A stretch of DNA of 64,000 bases from Syntrophorhabdales bacterium (GCA_035541455.1 DATKNH010000046.1:8290-72289); one strand, 5' to 3'; numbered from the stretch's first letter, positions 1-9,678 are shown. A program made the numbers and translations. Notes: a model not told the origin generated them from the sequence alone.

Positions 1-555
1 CGGGGCGGTATTGTGTTCAGGGGAGATGCTATGGAAGGCTTGCCGCCGCATGCGATCATCAGGAAGGGCGTTGCCAGTGTTCCCGAAGGGCGGCAACTCT
101 TTGGCACCATGACTGTGTGGGACAATCTTCTCCTTGGCTCATACTCTGTGAGAGGCGAGGTGCGGAGAGAGACCGTAGAATCCAGACTGGATATGATCTT
201 TCTCCTTTTTCCTATCCTCAAAGAACGTCTCACGCAGAGGGCGGATACAATGTCGGGAGGTCAGCAGCAGATGCTGGCTATCGGGCGTGCGCTCATGGCA
301 AATCCGAAACTTCTCGCCCTTGATGAGCCGTCGCTCGGCCTTTCGCCCAAGCTTGTCGGTGAGATGATGCAGGTGCTGAAGCGGATCTGCAGCGAATGGG
401 GCCTCTCTCTTCTTCTGGTTGAGCAGAACGCCCGGGCTGCGCTCAAGATAGCGGATCATGTGTACGTGCTGGAGCGCGGAGAGGTGGTGCTCCACGGAAC
501 CTGCGGCGAAGTAGTGGAAAGTGAGCAGATACGCCGGGCCTATCTGGGAGGGTAG
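1..555 (+). CDS. livF: Branched-chain amino acid-type ABC transporter ATP-binding protein (LivF-like), 5'-truncated by the window edge
   Basis: The reading frame is open from nt 1. It has the ABC signature MSGGQQQMLAIGRAL, Walker B LLALDEPSLGL, and the LivF-type C-terminus IRRAYLGG. The listed 'M' at 13 is an internal GTG. Confidence 0.85.
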   Translation, partial: RGGIVFRGDAMEGLPPHAIIRKGVASVPEGRQLFGTMTVWDNLLLGSYSVRGEVRRETVESRLDMIFLLFPILKERLTQRADTMSGGQQQMLAIGRALMANPKLLALDEPSLGLSPKLVGEMMQVLKRICSEWGLSLLLVEQNARAALKIADHVYVLERGEVVLHGTCGEVVESEQIRRAYLGG

Positions 556-678
556 GAGCAAGACCGCTGCGCTCGGACGAGGCGAAGTCCCCAAAGGGGG
601 GAAGACCGCCCTTCGGGCTTGGAAGATGGAAGAGAAGGACATAAGCTCTAAACAAAAACAAAGGAATAAGGGGGAAGC

Positions 679-1872
679 ATGAGATGTGCACTCTGGATTG
701 TTTTGTTTGTTGTGTTGACAGGAGCAATGCTGGTGGCCGCTCAGTGCGGCGCAGCGGAATTGGCGCCTTATCCGATAGGCGTCAATCTTGAGTTGACCGG
801 CAGAGTATCGAGCCTCGGCATTCCGGTAAAGAGAGGCTTCGAGATTGCTTCCGACGCCGTCAACGCTGCCGGGGGCGTCAATGGACGCAAACTGAAGGCG
901 GTCTATTATGATAATGAGAGCGATCCTGCAAAGGCCGTCATTCTCACGAAGAGGCTGATAGACGTTGACAACGTGATTGCGTGTACGGGTTATGCGCTTT
1001 CAGGTAATGCCATGGCAGCGGTTCAGACTGTTGAGAGCGGCAACACAATTATGATCGCCGGCACAGCCACTGACAAGCTCTGGATACCGACAAAGAAGTG
1101 GGTCTTCAATATTGTGCCACGCCAGAGGGAAGCATCGATCCCTGTGCTCCTTGATACGCTCCTGCAGAGGGGCTCGAAAAAGATTGCCTACATTTACATT
1201 GACACGACGTATGGACAGACAGGCAGGGAAACCTTCGACGTCGTGGCCAAAGAAATGAAAGTGTCCCCTGCCATCATCGAGAAGTACGCGGCAGGAAGCA
1301 CTGATGTGGGTCCTCAGATTACCCATATCAAAGCATCAGGTGCGGATGGTATCCTGATGTCCGGGAATGTCGCCGATAGCGTCATGGTAATCAAGAATGC
1401 GCGAGATCAGGGATTCACCGGCCCCATCGTGTGCGATTATGCCATCGTCGGTCCTGAATTCATCGAACTCGGGGGCAAGTACGTTGAGGGCATTGTCACC
1501 ACATCGCTCAAAGCGCTTATTGCACCGGAGCTTCCGGCGAATGACCCTCAGAAAAAGATTGCCATGGATCTTTACTCGAAGTACACCCAACAGTACGGAA
1601 CCTTCAGCCTCTATTCAGGCCATTCCTGGGACATGGTGTACCTGATCGCGGAGGCTCTGAAGAAGGTCGATCCGAATCTCGATCCGTCAAAAAAATCAGA
1701 TGTGCCGAAGATACGGGAACAGCTCCGGGACAATCTTGAGAAGGTCAAAGGGTTTGTCGGTCAGAACGGTACATTCAATTTTGCGGCTGATAATCACAAC
1801 GGTCTCGGGCCCAAGTGCTACGTCCCGGTCGCGGTGCAGAACGGCAAATGGACACTCTATAAAACAAAATGA
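679..1872 (+). CDS. ABC transporter periplasmic substrate-binding protein (LivK/type I PBP family), paralog 1
   Basis: 397 aa with a signal-peptide-like N-terminus (MRCALWIVLFVVLTGAMLVAAQC). It follows livF directly. By eye it is about two-thirds identical over its full length to the next ORF (shared blocks VNAAGGVNGR, VPRQREASIP, STDVGPQITHIKA, NARD.GFTGPIV). Confidence 0.8.
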   Translation: MRCALWIVLFVVLTGAMLVAAQCGAAELAPYPIGVNLELTGRVSSLGIPVKRGFEIASDAVNAAGGVNGRKLKAVYYDNESDPAKAVILTKRLIDVDNVIACTGYALSGNAMAAVQTVESGNTIMIAGTATDKLWIPTKKWVFNIVPRQREASIPVLLDTLLQRGSKKIAYIYIDTTYGQTGRETFDVVAKEMKVSPAIIEKYAAGSTDVGPQITHIKASGADGILMSGNVADSVMVIKNARDQGFTGPIVCDYAIVGPEFIELGGKYVEGIVTTSLKALIAPELPANDPQKKIAMDLYSKYTQQYGTFSLYSGHSWDMVYLIAEALKKVDPNLDPSKKSDVPKIREQLRDNLEKVKGFVGQNGTFNFAADNHNGLGPKCYVPVAVQNGKWTLYKTK

Positions 1873-1923
1873 AAGGCATCGGTCGACAGCACCATCAAAC
1901 GGAATTACAAAGGGGAGGTAACG

Positions 1924-3129
1924 ATGAAAAAGAGTAATGCAGGAATGTGTGTGATTATCTCTATTCTCATGTGCAGTTTTGTTATCATCGCTGCCGGCGT
2001 GAGTCATGCACAGAAAGCAGCGGTCTACCCGGTGGGCGCGGTCTTTGACCTGACCGGCATAATCTCCAGCATTGGAGGTCCTGAAAAGCGGGGGCTCGAA
2101 ATAGCAGTGGAAGCGGTCAACGCAGCAGGAGGCGTAAACGGCAGGCAGCTCAAAATGACAGTGTACGATTCGGAAAGTAACGCAACCAAGGGTGTGACCG
2201 AGACCAAGCGCTTGATGGACGTGGACAAAGTTATCGCCGGTCTCGGCTATTCTTCCACGGGCGTGAGCATGGCAGCCATACAAACCGTGGAATCAGGTAA
2301 GATGGTGATGCTCAGTGCAGGAGCTTCAGAGAAGATCTGGATTCCTACCAATAAATGGGTTTACAACGTTGTACCGCGCCAGAGAGAGGCGTCAATCCCC
2401 ACACTCCTTGACGTATTGCAAAAACGGGGAGCGAAGAAGATCGCCTACATCCACATCGACAATACCTTCGGCCAGACAGGCAGGGAAGTCTTCGACTGGG
2501 CGGTTAAAGAGATGAAAATCACACCTGCCATTGTCGAGAAATATGCAGTGAGCAGTACCGATGTCGGCCCGCAGATCACCCATATCAAAGCTGCCGGTGC
2601 TGATGGCCTGCTCATCACCGGGCAGATGGCAGACACGGTTATGGTCATCAAGAATGCCCGCGACATGGGCTTCACCGGGCCCATCGTTGCAGACTATTCC
2701 ATCGTCGGACCGGAGTTCATTGACCTGGCAGGAAAATACGGTGAGGGGATCGTAACAACATCGATCAAGACCCTTGTAGCGCCTGATCTTCCTGATAATG
2801 ATCCTCAGAAAAAGGTAACGATGGATCTCTACACCAGGTACACCAAGCAGTACGGCGCCTTCAGCCTCTACGCGGGTCACGGGTGGGACGAAGTCTATCT
2901 GCTCGTCACGGCCTTGAAGAAGGTTGACCCGAAGCTCGATCCAGGGAAGGATGCGGATCTCGTTAAGATACGCGCTCAGATCCGGGACAATCTGGAAACG
3001 ATAAAAGGTTTTGTGGGACAGAATGGTATTTTTAACTACTCGCCTGACAACCACAACGGGCTTGGGCCTAACTGTTATGTGCCTGTCGTTGTAGAGGGAG
3101 GTAAGTGGAGGCTCTACAAAGGGAAGTAG
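1924..3129 (+). CDS. ABC transporter periplasmic substrate-binding protein (LivK/type I PBP family), paralog 2
   Basis: 401 aa with a hydrophobic signal-like N-terminus. An RBS (aaaggggagg) precedes the ATG. Tandem paralog of 679-1872. Confidence 0.8.
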   Translation: MKKSNAGMCVIISILMCSFVIIAAGVSHAQKAAVYPVGAVFDLTGIISSIGGPEKRGLEIAVEAVNAAGGVNGRQLKMTVYDSESNATKGVTETKRLMDVDKVIAGLGYSSTGVSMAAIQTVESGKMVMLSAGASEKIWIPTNKWVYNVVPRQREASIPTLLDVLQKRGAKKIAYIHIDNTFGQTGREVFDWAVKEMKITPAIVEKYAVSSTDVGPQITHIKAAGADGLLITGQMADTVMVIKNARDMGFTGPIVADYSIVGPEFIDLAGKYGEGIVTTSIKTLVAPDLPDNDPQKKVTMDLYTRYTKQYGAFSLYAGHGWDEVYLLVTALKKVDPKLDPGKDADLVKIRAQIRDNLETIKGFVGQNGIFNYSPDNHNGLGPNCYVPVVVEGGKWRLYKGK

Positions 3130-3200
3130 CTTTTTTAGCTGGCCAGCTTGCAAGCTTGTTAGCTTGCCGGCATGCAACGAAAAATCAATAGGGGTGCATC

Positions 3201-4451
3201 ATGGCTAAGACTGCCGAGGAGCTTTACCAGGAGCGTGAAAAGAGAGTCATGGACGCAATTGCGTTGAGGAAACCGGATAGAGTGCCTATCATGGTGCTCT
3301 TCGGTTTCTTTCCTGCGCGATACGCGGGCTACTCGATTGAAGAAGTTATGTACGATCCAGACAAACTCTACAACGCCCAGATGAAGGCGCTGCTCGATTT
3401 TCAACCTGATATGGATCAGGCGCCCTTCGCAATCCGTTTCCTGGGCCCAATTCTGAGCGCTCTCGATTTTCGGCAATTGAAGTGGCCAGGCCGCGGTATC
3501 AGCGGGAATAACACCTATCAGTTCGTCGAAGGAGAATACATGTCGGCGGACGAGTACGACCATTTTCTTCTCGACCCGTCTGATTTCATGGTGCGGAAGT
3601 ACTGGCCGCGCGTCTGCGGCAAGCTCAAGGGACTGGAGAAGTTGGGCCCGTTACACGGGATCATCACCTACTACATGGGATTCAACACAGGACTCGCGCC
3701 TTACAGTCTCGCCGAAGTAACTGAGGCTTTTGCAGCCATGCAGAAGGCGGGAGAGGAGTCAATGCGCCTGCTCACCTACTCGCGCCGTTTCGTGACCGAA
3801 GCGAAGGAGAAAGGATTCCCGATGCAGACCGGCGCCTTCACGCAGGCGCCCTTTGACACGCTGGGTGATTTCTTCAGGGGCACAAAAGGTCTTATGCTCG
3901 ACATGTACCGGAGGCCCGAGCAGGTGATCAGGGCGTGTGAGAAACTCCTGCCCATAATGCTTGAGACAGCGCTCAATGCTGTCAAGGTTTCTGGTAATCC
4001 GCGCGTCTTCATCCCGATCCACAAAGGGCTCGACGGATTCATGTCACTGGACCAGTTCAAAAAGTTTTTCTGGCCCACGCTTCAGGAACTGATGCAGTCG
4101 TTGATCAAGGAAGGCTGTTATCCATTTCCCCTGTGGGAAGGAGACTGCACTTCTCGTCTGCCGGTCATCAAGGACATTCCTGCAGGGAAAGCGTGTTACG
4201 CCTTCGAGGCAACAGACATGGTGAAAGCTAGAGAAATCCTGGGGGGGCGGGTATGCATCCGAGGCAATCTTCCGCTTTCTCTGCTGATAGCCGGAACAGC
4301 GGACGACGTGCGCAAGCAGGTGAAACACCTGATTGACACGGTCGGCAGGGACGGGGGCTACATCATGGATGCGTCAACAGGGCTTGATGACGCAAAACCG
4401 GAGAACGTGAAGGCCATGTTTGAAGCCACGAGGGAATACGGCGTCTACTGA
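3201..4451 (+). CDS. Uroporphyrinogen decarboxylase (URO-D) family protein, MtaA/CmuA-like methyltransferase or decarboxylase
   Basis: 416 aa. The length and N-terminal pattern (ERVMDAIALRKPDRVPIM...) and the C-terminal GGYIMDASTGLDD are typical of URO-D superfamily members that lie outside haem operons. Family call from recognition only; specific activity unknown. Confidence 0.55.
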   Translation: MAKTAEELYQEREKRVMDAIALRKPDRVPIMVLFGFFPARYAGYSIEEVMYDPDKLYNAQMKALLDFQPDMDQAPFAIRFLGPILSALDFRQLKWPGRGISGNNTYQFVEGEYMSADEYDHFLLDPSDFMVRKYWPRVCGKLKGLEKLGPLHGIITYYMGFNTGLAPYSLAEVTEAFAAMQKAGEESMRLLTYSRRFVTEAKEKGFPMQTGAFTQAPFDTLGDFFRGTKGLMLDMYRRPEQVIRACEKLLPIMLETALNAVKVSGNPRVFIPIHKGLDGFMSLDQFKKFFWPTLQELMQSLIKEGCYPFPLWEGDCTSRLPVIKDIPAGKACYAFEATDMVKAREILGGRVCIRGNLPLSLLIAGTADDVRKQVKHLIDTVGRDGGYIMDASTGLDDAKPENVKAMFEATREYGVY

Positions 4452-4593
4452 AACCAATCTTCCATAATTGTCGAAGAATCGCGTACATATTCGACCATCT
4501 TGTCGGGTTTCGCCGCACGGCATTCGAACAGTTTAATGATTGTAAGTACTTGAGAGCTGATATACCGGGTATGATTATTGCTCTCTTACAGGT

Positions 4594-5424
4594 ATGACCA
4601 GGGATACCAAAAAGCTCTTTTTCATAACAGCGCTTTGCTTTGCTCTCTCCGTGACCCAAGCGTACGCGAAAGGTGGCGGCCATGGCGGCGGGGGTCGCGG
4701 AGGCGGAGGAGGCGGACATTCCTCCGGCTTCTCGGGCCACGGTTTTGCCTCGGGTTTCTCCGGGCACGGGTTTGCCACCGGTTTCACAGGACGTGGCGCA
4801 CAGGCCACGGGGTTCTCGGGACAGGGCGGGTTCGCAACGGGTTTCTCCGGACGCACGTCGACCGGCGGGTTCCAGACACACAGCGGGCTCTCGGGCAGCC
4901 GAACCTATTCGGGCGCACCCTCGAACGTTAGCAGAGGGCCGGCCACCGGCGGATACAACCAGTACGCGGCCTACAGTGGATCGAGAACTTCTGCCGCAAG
5001 CTATAGCGGTGGTTATGTTGGAGGCCATTACTATGGAGGACACTACTACCCCGGAGGGTATTACGGCGCCCACCGCATGTACTACTACAGAGGCTACGCG
5101 CCCTACGGCGCGACCTTTGGCTTCTTCCTCGGCGGGGTTGTGGTCGGCGGCGTCTACAGCCCGTACTGGTGGCCCTACTACTCTGTTCCGGTTCCTCCTG
5201 ACTACTATGACCCCTACTACCAATTCCCCTCTTCTCCCCCTCCATACGTAATGGAGGTTCCTCCTCCCGAGACCACCACAGCATACCCTGAGCAGCAGGG
5301 CTACGCTGCGGCGCCGAACCAGTGCTACGCACCCAAGATGGACGAAAGCGGCACTATCATCAACGAAAACGGCAATCCTGTCCCTGATTTTTCCAAGCCT
5401 GTACCCTGCCCTCCCCAGCAATAA
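4594..5424 (+). CDS. Secreted or membrane-anchored low-complexity Gly/Tyr/Pro-rich protein
   Basis: 276 aa. It has a signal peptide (KKLFFITALCFALSVTQAYA), a poly-Gly/His tract, GFSGHGFA(S/T) repeats, a GGHYYGGHYYPGGYY tract, a glycine-zipper-like hydrophobic segment FGFFLGGVVVGGVY, and a Pro/Tyr-rich tail. Confidence 0.7.
   Translation: MTRDTKKLFFITALCFALSVTQAYAKGGGHGGGGRGGGGGGHSSGFSGHGFASGFSGHGFATGFTGRGAQATGFSGQGGFATGFSGRTSTGGFQTHSGLSGSRTYSGAPSNVSRGPATGGYNQYAAYSGSRTSAASYSGGYVGGHYYGGHYYPGGYYGAHRMYYYRGYAPYGATFGFFLGGVVVGGVYSPYWWPYYSVPVPPDYYDPYYQFPSSPPPYVMEVPPPETTTAYPEQQGYAAAPNQCYAPKMDESGTIINENGNPVPDFSKPVPCPPQQ
4720..4857 (+). repeat. In-frame tandem coding repeats (approximately 24 nt units encoding GFSGHGFA[ST]/GFSGQGGFAT)
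   Basis: Direct reading shows the repeated nucleotide units ggcttctcgggccacggttttgcc / ggtttctccgggcacgggtttgcc / ggggttctcgggacagggcgggttcgca / ggtttctccggacgc. Confidence 0.75.
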
Positions 5425-5472
5425 CAAAAACAGCGTTGTGCATCTTAAAAAGGAACTGCACTTTTTTGCATC

Positions 5473-6135
5473 TTGTGTAATACTATTTGTGTGAGCAGGC
5501 AGCAAACCGCGGGGAAACCGGTCCTCAAGACTGGCAAGCCACCGAACCGCAAAGAACGTCGGAAAGAACTGCAGGCAACAGTGCACAGGCCTGATACTGT
5601 CGTTCCGCAATCAACATCGAGCCTCTCTGCAAAAACAATCTTCACATCTCCTCTGTTCTGGGTAGTCCTTGTGGTAGCGATTGGAAGCCTCATGTTTATG
5701 GACTATCCCAGAGTGTCAATTCATCCTGGAAAAAGCGTGCGGCCGGGTCAACCCTTCGAAATTCCCTTTGTGCTTAAGAATGAGGGCTACATGCCCATCG
5801 ATGACATCCGTTATTCTTTATCGATGGAAAATATCCAATTCGGGCAGGGCAGCACCTTGCCCCGCGCATACTCCGGGGTAAATGGAACCAGCATATCGCG
5901 GCTCACCCGTGGGGAATCCTCCACAATCCTTTTGAATCCCTTCATCGATCTGTTGAAGCAGAGCTTTGGCATCGTTCTGCCTCCGAAGGCAGTAACGTCG
6001 GCTGAGATTTCCATAGACTTTTCGTATCGGCCATACCTGATACCTTACACCTTCAGCAAGCATCTCCGATTCACGACAAAACTGAACGACGCAGGCACAG
6101 ACTACGTGTGGTCAGCGTCTGGCAATCAGAAATAA
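5473..6135 (+). CDS. Hypothetical membrane-anchored protein (start uncertain; the listed start is TTG)
   Basis: 220 aa ORF with a basic N-terminus, one TM-like segment (LFWVVLVVAIGSLMF), and a beta-rich extracytoplasmic-looking domain. A rho-independent terminator follows. No family recognised. Confidence 0.5.
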   Translation: MCNTICVSRQQTAGKPVLKTGKPPNRKERRKELQATVHRPDTVVPQSTSSLSAKTIFTSPLFWVVLVVAIGSLMFMDYPRVSIHPGKSVRPGQPFEIPFVLKNEGYMPIDDIRYSLSMENIQFGQGSTLPRAYSGVNGTSISRLTRGESSTILLNPFIDLLKQSFGIVLPPKAVTSAEISIDFSYRPYLIPYTFSKHLRFTTKLNDAGTDYVWSASGNQK

Positions 6136-6200
6136 CGCACAGGCTTTTTATCCTGCATCATTTAACGGCTCAACCAGGCAGGTAGGGAAATTCCTCCGTC

Positions 6201-6227
6201 CCTGTATGAGAATTTCATACAGGTTTT
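6201..6227 (+). terminator. Rho-independent terminator downstream of the 5473-6135 ORF
   Basis: A perfect 9 bp stem cctgtatga / tcatacagg with loop gaatt, followed by tttt. Confidence 0.6.
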
Positions 6228-6385
6228 CGTGCGTCAACGTGCGCTCCTATAGTTGCTAGCAGCAGATCTCAGAATAGATACAACCTCTTATCGCCGTTGC
6301 GTCCGCTATGGACAGATGGAACAGAACTTGCTCCGCTTATCAGCGCTGGAATGCGACGAGACGATTTTGTCTTCAAGGAGTCATT

Positions 6386-6631
6386 ATGCTAACCAGACAG
6401 TACGCGACGCTTCATGACCGTCTTTCCATCGAGATTAGGCCCCGGTGCCCCAAGTGCAAGAAGGAATTCATACTGAACCTGCAGAATTACCTTCCGGACA
6501 AACAGAGGGCGTGCTTTGCGTGCGGTACCGTGACACAATTCGATACAGAACTCGCCGAAAAGCTCCAAAAACAGATCGCAGAGCTTGAAGCCTCCATACA
6601 GGAAATTTTCGAAGCGTTTCGATCCGAGTAA
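6386..6631 (+). CDS. Small hypothetical zinc-ribbon-like protein with a C-terminal coiled-coil
   Basis: The ATG at 6386 is preceded by aaggag at good spacing; the longer ORF from 6308 lacks an RBS. Two CxxC pairs (CPKCKK ... CFACGT) are followed by a helical EKLQKQIAELEASIQEIFEAF. Confidence 0.5.
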   Translation: MLTRQYATLHDRLSIEIRPRCPKCKKEFILNLQNYLPDKQRACFACGTVTQFDTELAEKLQKQIAELEASIQEIFEAFRSE

Positions 6632-6761
6632 CATCGGGTAGTAAAACAGACCCCGCGTTGCCACCGACACCATTGCAATAGAAAAGATTCGGTATCAAGA
6701 AAAGTAACGGGTTGCGGCTGTCCGCAGCTCTACAGCATACGACATAAGGAGGTTCGGCGGA

Positions 6762-7139
6762 ATGAGAAAGCTTCTGGCTTGCTATCTGGTGATTGTGATC
6801 TTTGTCATCGGGATGGTACCCCGCGCCGACGCGGCTTTTTCACCATCCGATCTGCTTACGCTCAGCCCTTCAACCAGGGCCGGCGATGCGGAGAAGATAC
6901 GTACCGTGCTTGAAAACAAACTGGTCCGTCAAAGACTCCAGGACCTTGGTTACAGCACCGATGAGATCGCAGGCCGGCTTGCCGAGCTTTCTGATCAGGA
7001 GGTGCACTCAATAGCGCAGAAGCTGGACGACCTGAGGGTCGGCTCCGACGGCTTAGGCTTCGTCATCGCCATTCTCATCATTGTTGTCCTCGTGTTGCTT
7101 ATTATTCACTTGACCGGGCACAGGGTGCTCGTCAAGTGA
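6762..7139 (+). CDS. Small secreted/C-terminally anchored protein, PA2779-family-like
   Basis: 125 aa with RBS taaggagg, a signal peptide (LLACYLVIVIFVIGMVPRADA), a central LQDLGYSTDEIAGRLAELSDQEVHSIAQKLDDL and a C-terminal TM (FVIAILIIVVLVLLIIHL). The architecture resembles the PA2779 family as I recall it; not verified. Confidence 0.5.
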   Translation: MRKLLACYLVIVIFVIGMVPRADAAFSPSDLLTLSPSTRAGDAEKIRTVLENKLVRQRLQDLGYSTDEIAGRLAELSDQEVHSIAQKLDDLRVGSDGLGFVIAILIIVVLVLLIIHLTGHRVLVK

Positions 7140-7255
7140 CGATCGAGACTGCAGGAGAGTTGCCTCGGATAGAGAGGCTCTGACGTAAGGCTTGGAGAAC
7201 AGGCGGGACACTGTGTCCTCTTGGCTGGGGACACAGAAAAATAAGGATACGAGAG

Positions 7256-7285
7256 GAGAAGGGGCAGCCAGATACGCCCCTTCTC
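7256..7285. terminator. Hairpin between convergent genes (possible bidirectional terminator)
   Basis: A 9 bp stem gagaagggg / ccccttctc with a 12 nt loop lies between the + gene ending at 7139 and the - gene ending at 7300. The flanks are A/T-rich but have no clean U-tract. Confidence 0.4.
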
Positions 7286-7299
7286 TAAATTATTCTCAA

Positions 7300-9396
7300 T
7301 TACAGCTTGAACAGCAGGTCCGCATAACTGGGTACCGGCCACATATCCTCGGGAACGAGCATTTCTAACGCGTCGATATCTGCGCGCAGGGCCTGTATTG
7401 CTGTGACCACATTATCCCGGTAGCTTTCTGCCTTCTTCACCGTATTCGTAATGCCCTGCGCCTTCGCGACCGCTGCTTCAAGCCTGCCCAACGTCCTGTA
7501 AGAGGACTCCAGCAGCGACCCTATCTTCTCCAGAAGATCCTCCTGTACCGACGCCATGGCCGATGCTGATTTGAAGCTTTCGGCGGAGTCGGCGAGGAAA
7601 GTTGCATATTCGATCACTGCAGGTATGAACTGCTTCTTCACCATGTCGATTGCTGCCAGTGCTTCTATATTGATCTGCTTCGCATAATGGTCAACATAGA
7701 TGTCGTAACGCGAATGGAGTTCTTTGCGCGACAGGACTCCGTACTTATCAAACAGCTTGAGTGCCTTGTCCGTAACGAACGCTTTTAACGCGTCAACGGA
7801 GTTGGCTACGTTGGGAAGATTCCGCTTTTTCGCCTCTGCCATCCATTCTTCCGCATAGTTATTTCCATTGAAGATCACGCGGCTGTGCTTCTTGTAGATC
7901 TCTTTGATGATCGCCGCTGCTTCGGTGTTCTTGTTCTTGGCCTTCTCCAGCCTGGTGGCAATTTCGTCAAAGGCTTCTGCCGCGATGGTGTTCAACGCCA
8001 CATTCGGCCCTGAAATCGACTGTGCCGAGCCGACGGTCCTGAACTCGAACTTGTTACCGGTGAATGCGAACGGCGAGGTCCTGTTGCGGTCGGTGTTGTC
8101 CTTGGGGATCGCGGGAAGAGTGTCCACGCCGACCTTAACGAACTGTCTGCCTCTTGAGGAAATTTTTTGGCCTTTTGAAATCTTATCCAGAATGTCGGTC
8201 AGATCCTCTCCCATGAAAATGGATATAATGGCCGGAGGCGCCTCGTTCGCTCCAAGGCGGTGATCGTTGCCCGCATGCGCACAGGTAGCGCGCAGGATAT
8301 CCGCGTGCGTATCCACTGCCTTGATCAGTGCGCTCACAAACAGCAGAAATTGCACATTTTCTGCGGGCGTATGGCCTGGTTCCAGTAAATTGATGCCGTC
8401 GTCCGTTGAGAGCGACCAGTTGTTATGCTTTCCCGAACCATTGATGCCGGCATACGGTTTTTCGTGTAACAGGCAGACCAGGTCATGACGGAGCGCGACC
8501 TTCTGCATAGTCTCCATAACCAGCTGGTTGTGATCCGTGGCAACGTTGGTGGTGGCAAAAACCGGTGCCATTTCGTACTGCGCCGGTGCAACTTCGTTGT
8601 GCTGGGTCTTGGAAGTGATGCCCATCTTCCACAATTCGGTGTTGAGGTCCCGCATATAATCGGAGATCCTGTCTTTGATGGCGCCGAAGTACTGGTCCTC
8701 CAACTCCTGCCCCTTTGGCGCGGGCGCGCCGAAGATCGTCCGACCAGTGAGCATAAGATCGAGCCGCTCCAGATAAAATTTCTTGTCGACAAGAAAGTAC
8801 TCCTGTTCCGGACCAACAGTAGACGTTACTCTCATGGAAGTGGTGTTGCCGAGAGCCCTGAGCACGCGTAGCGCCTGTTTTGACGCGGCTGCCATGGACC
8901 GCAGCAGTGGTGTTTTTTTGTCGAGCGCTTCGCCGTTGTAAGAGTAAAAGGCGGTGGGGATTGTAAAGGTGACATTGCCGCTTTCGTCGGTCTTGAGGAA
9001 TGCGGGTGACGTGCAATCCCACGCGGTATATCCCCTGGCTTCGAACGTGGCGCGCAAACCGCCGCTGGGAAAAGAGGATGCGTCGGGCTCGCCCTGGATC
9101 AACTGCTTGCCGGAAAACTCCAGAATCACGCCTCCGTCGGCGGTTGGAGATATGAAGGAATCGTGCTTCTCGGCGGTTATCCCGGTGAGCGGCTGGAACC
9201 AATGGGTATAGTGGGTCGCCCCTTTCTCAATCGCCCAATCCTTCATGGCGTTCGCAACCACGTCGGCAACATCGGGGCGCAGCGGCGTGCCCTTTTCAAT
9301 CGTTTCCTTCAGAGCCTTGTAAATCTCCTTGGGCAACCGCTCCTTCATCACCTTATCGTTAAAAACGTTGGAACCAAAGACTTCTGTCAACTCCAT
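7300..9396 (-). CDS. glnN: Glutamine synthetase type III
   Basis: 698 aa. The length and N-terminus ([30 protein letters not shown]...[11 protein letters not shown]) are characteristic of GSIII. The internal [10 protein letters not shown] matches the GS ATP-binding region. Confidence 0.9.
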   Translation of the reverse strand: MELTEVFGSNVFNDKVMKERLPKEIYKALKETIEKGTPLRPDVADVVANAMKDWAIEKGATHYTHWFQPLTGITAEKHDSFISPTADGGVILEFSGKQLIQGEPDASSFPSGGLRATFEARGYTAWDCTSPAFLKTDESGNVTFTIPTAFYSYNGEALDKKTPLLRSMAAASKQALRVLRALGNTTSMRVTSTVGPEQEYFLVDKKFYLERLDLMLTGRTIFGAPAPKGQELEDQYFGAIKDRISDYMRDLNTELWKMGITSKTQHNEVAPAQYEMAPVFATTNVATDHNQLVMETMQKVALRHDLVCLLHEKPYAGINGSGKHNNWSLSTDDGINLLEPGHTPAENVQFLLFVSALIKAVDTHADILRATCAHAGNDHRLGANEAPPAIISIFMGEDLTDILDKISKGQKISSRGRQFVKVGVDTLPAIPKDNTDRNRTSPFAFTGNKFEFRTVGSAQSISGPNVALNTIAAEAFDEIATRLEKAKNKNTEAAAIIKEIYKKHSRVIFNGNNYAEEWMAEAKKRNLPNVANSVDALKAFVTDKALKLFDKYGVLSRKELHSRYDIYVDHYAKQINIEALAAIDMVKKQFIPAVIEYATFLADSAESFKSASAMASVQEDLLEKIGSLLESSYRTLGRLEAAVAKAQGITNTVKKAESYRDNVVTAIQALRADIDALEMLVPEDMWPVPSYADLLFKL

Positions 9397-9678
9397 GATT
9401 TTCTCCTTTTCACATAAATATACTAATGCCTACGCACATGGCTTTAGCCTGTATGCATCACCCGTCAAATCTATGTGAACTTCTTTGTTCGATATCCTTG
9501 AATCCAGTGTGGACGCTGAAGGAAGACGCACGTCACTGTGCGCCCCATAGTCTAATGTATTTCAAAAACTTTTACAAGTGCGTAAAGCTGTCCTGCCCGT
9601 GGTGCAATTGAAAGCTCCGTCCAAGCCTGAATCAAGAATACATCGCAGCGGACTGACTAATCACGCCGAGGCGAGTTT

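Noticed and set aside
3146-3167. agcttg-type triple repeat and hairpin gcaagct-tgtt-agcttgc after the second binding-protein gene, considered as a terminator
   Set aside because: The 7-bp stem is not followed by a T-run, so it is not confidently a terminator. It is mentioned only as context for possible read-through into the URO-D gene.
4363-5610. 415-aa ORF on the minus strand, the longest ORF in this region
   Set aside because: It is antisense to the Gly/Tyr-rich gene and is a compositional shadow of the GGN/GGC-rich repeats. Its translation is Arg/Gly/Val low-complexity with no RBS. The + strand ORF has a signal peptide and a sensible start.
8483-9202. 239-aa and 160-aa alternative-frame minus-strand ORFs inside glnN
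   Set aside because: They are out of frame with the full-length GSIII ORF, which is continuous over 698 aa and motif-bearing. The alternative frames are Arg-rich.
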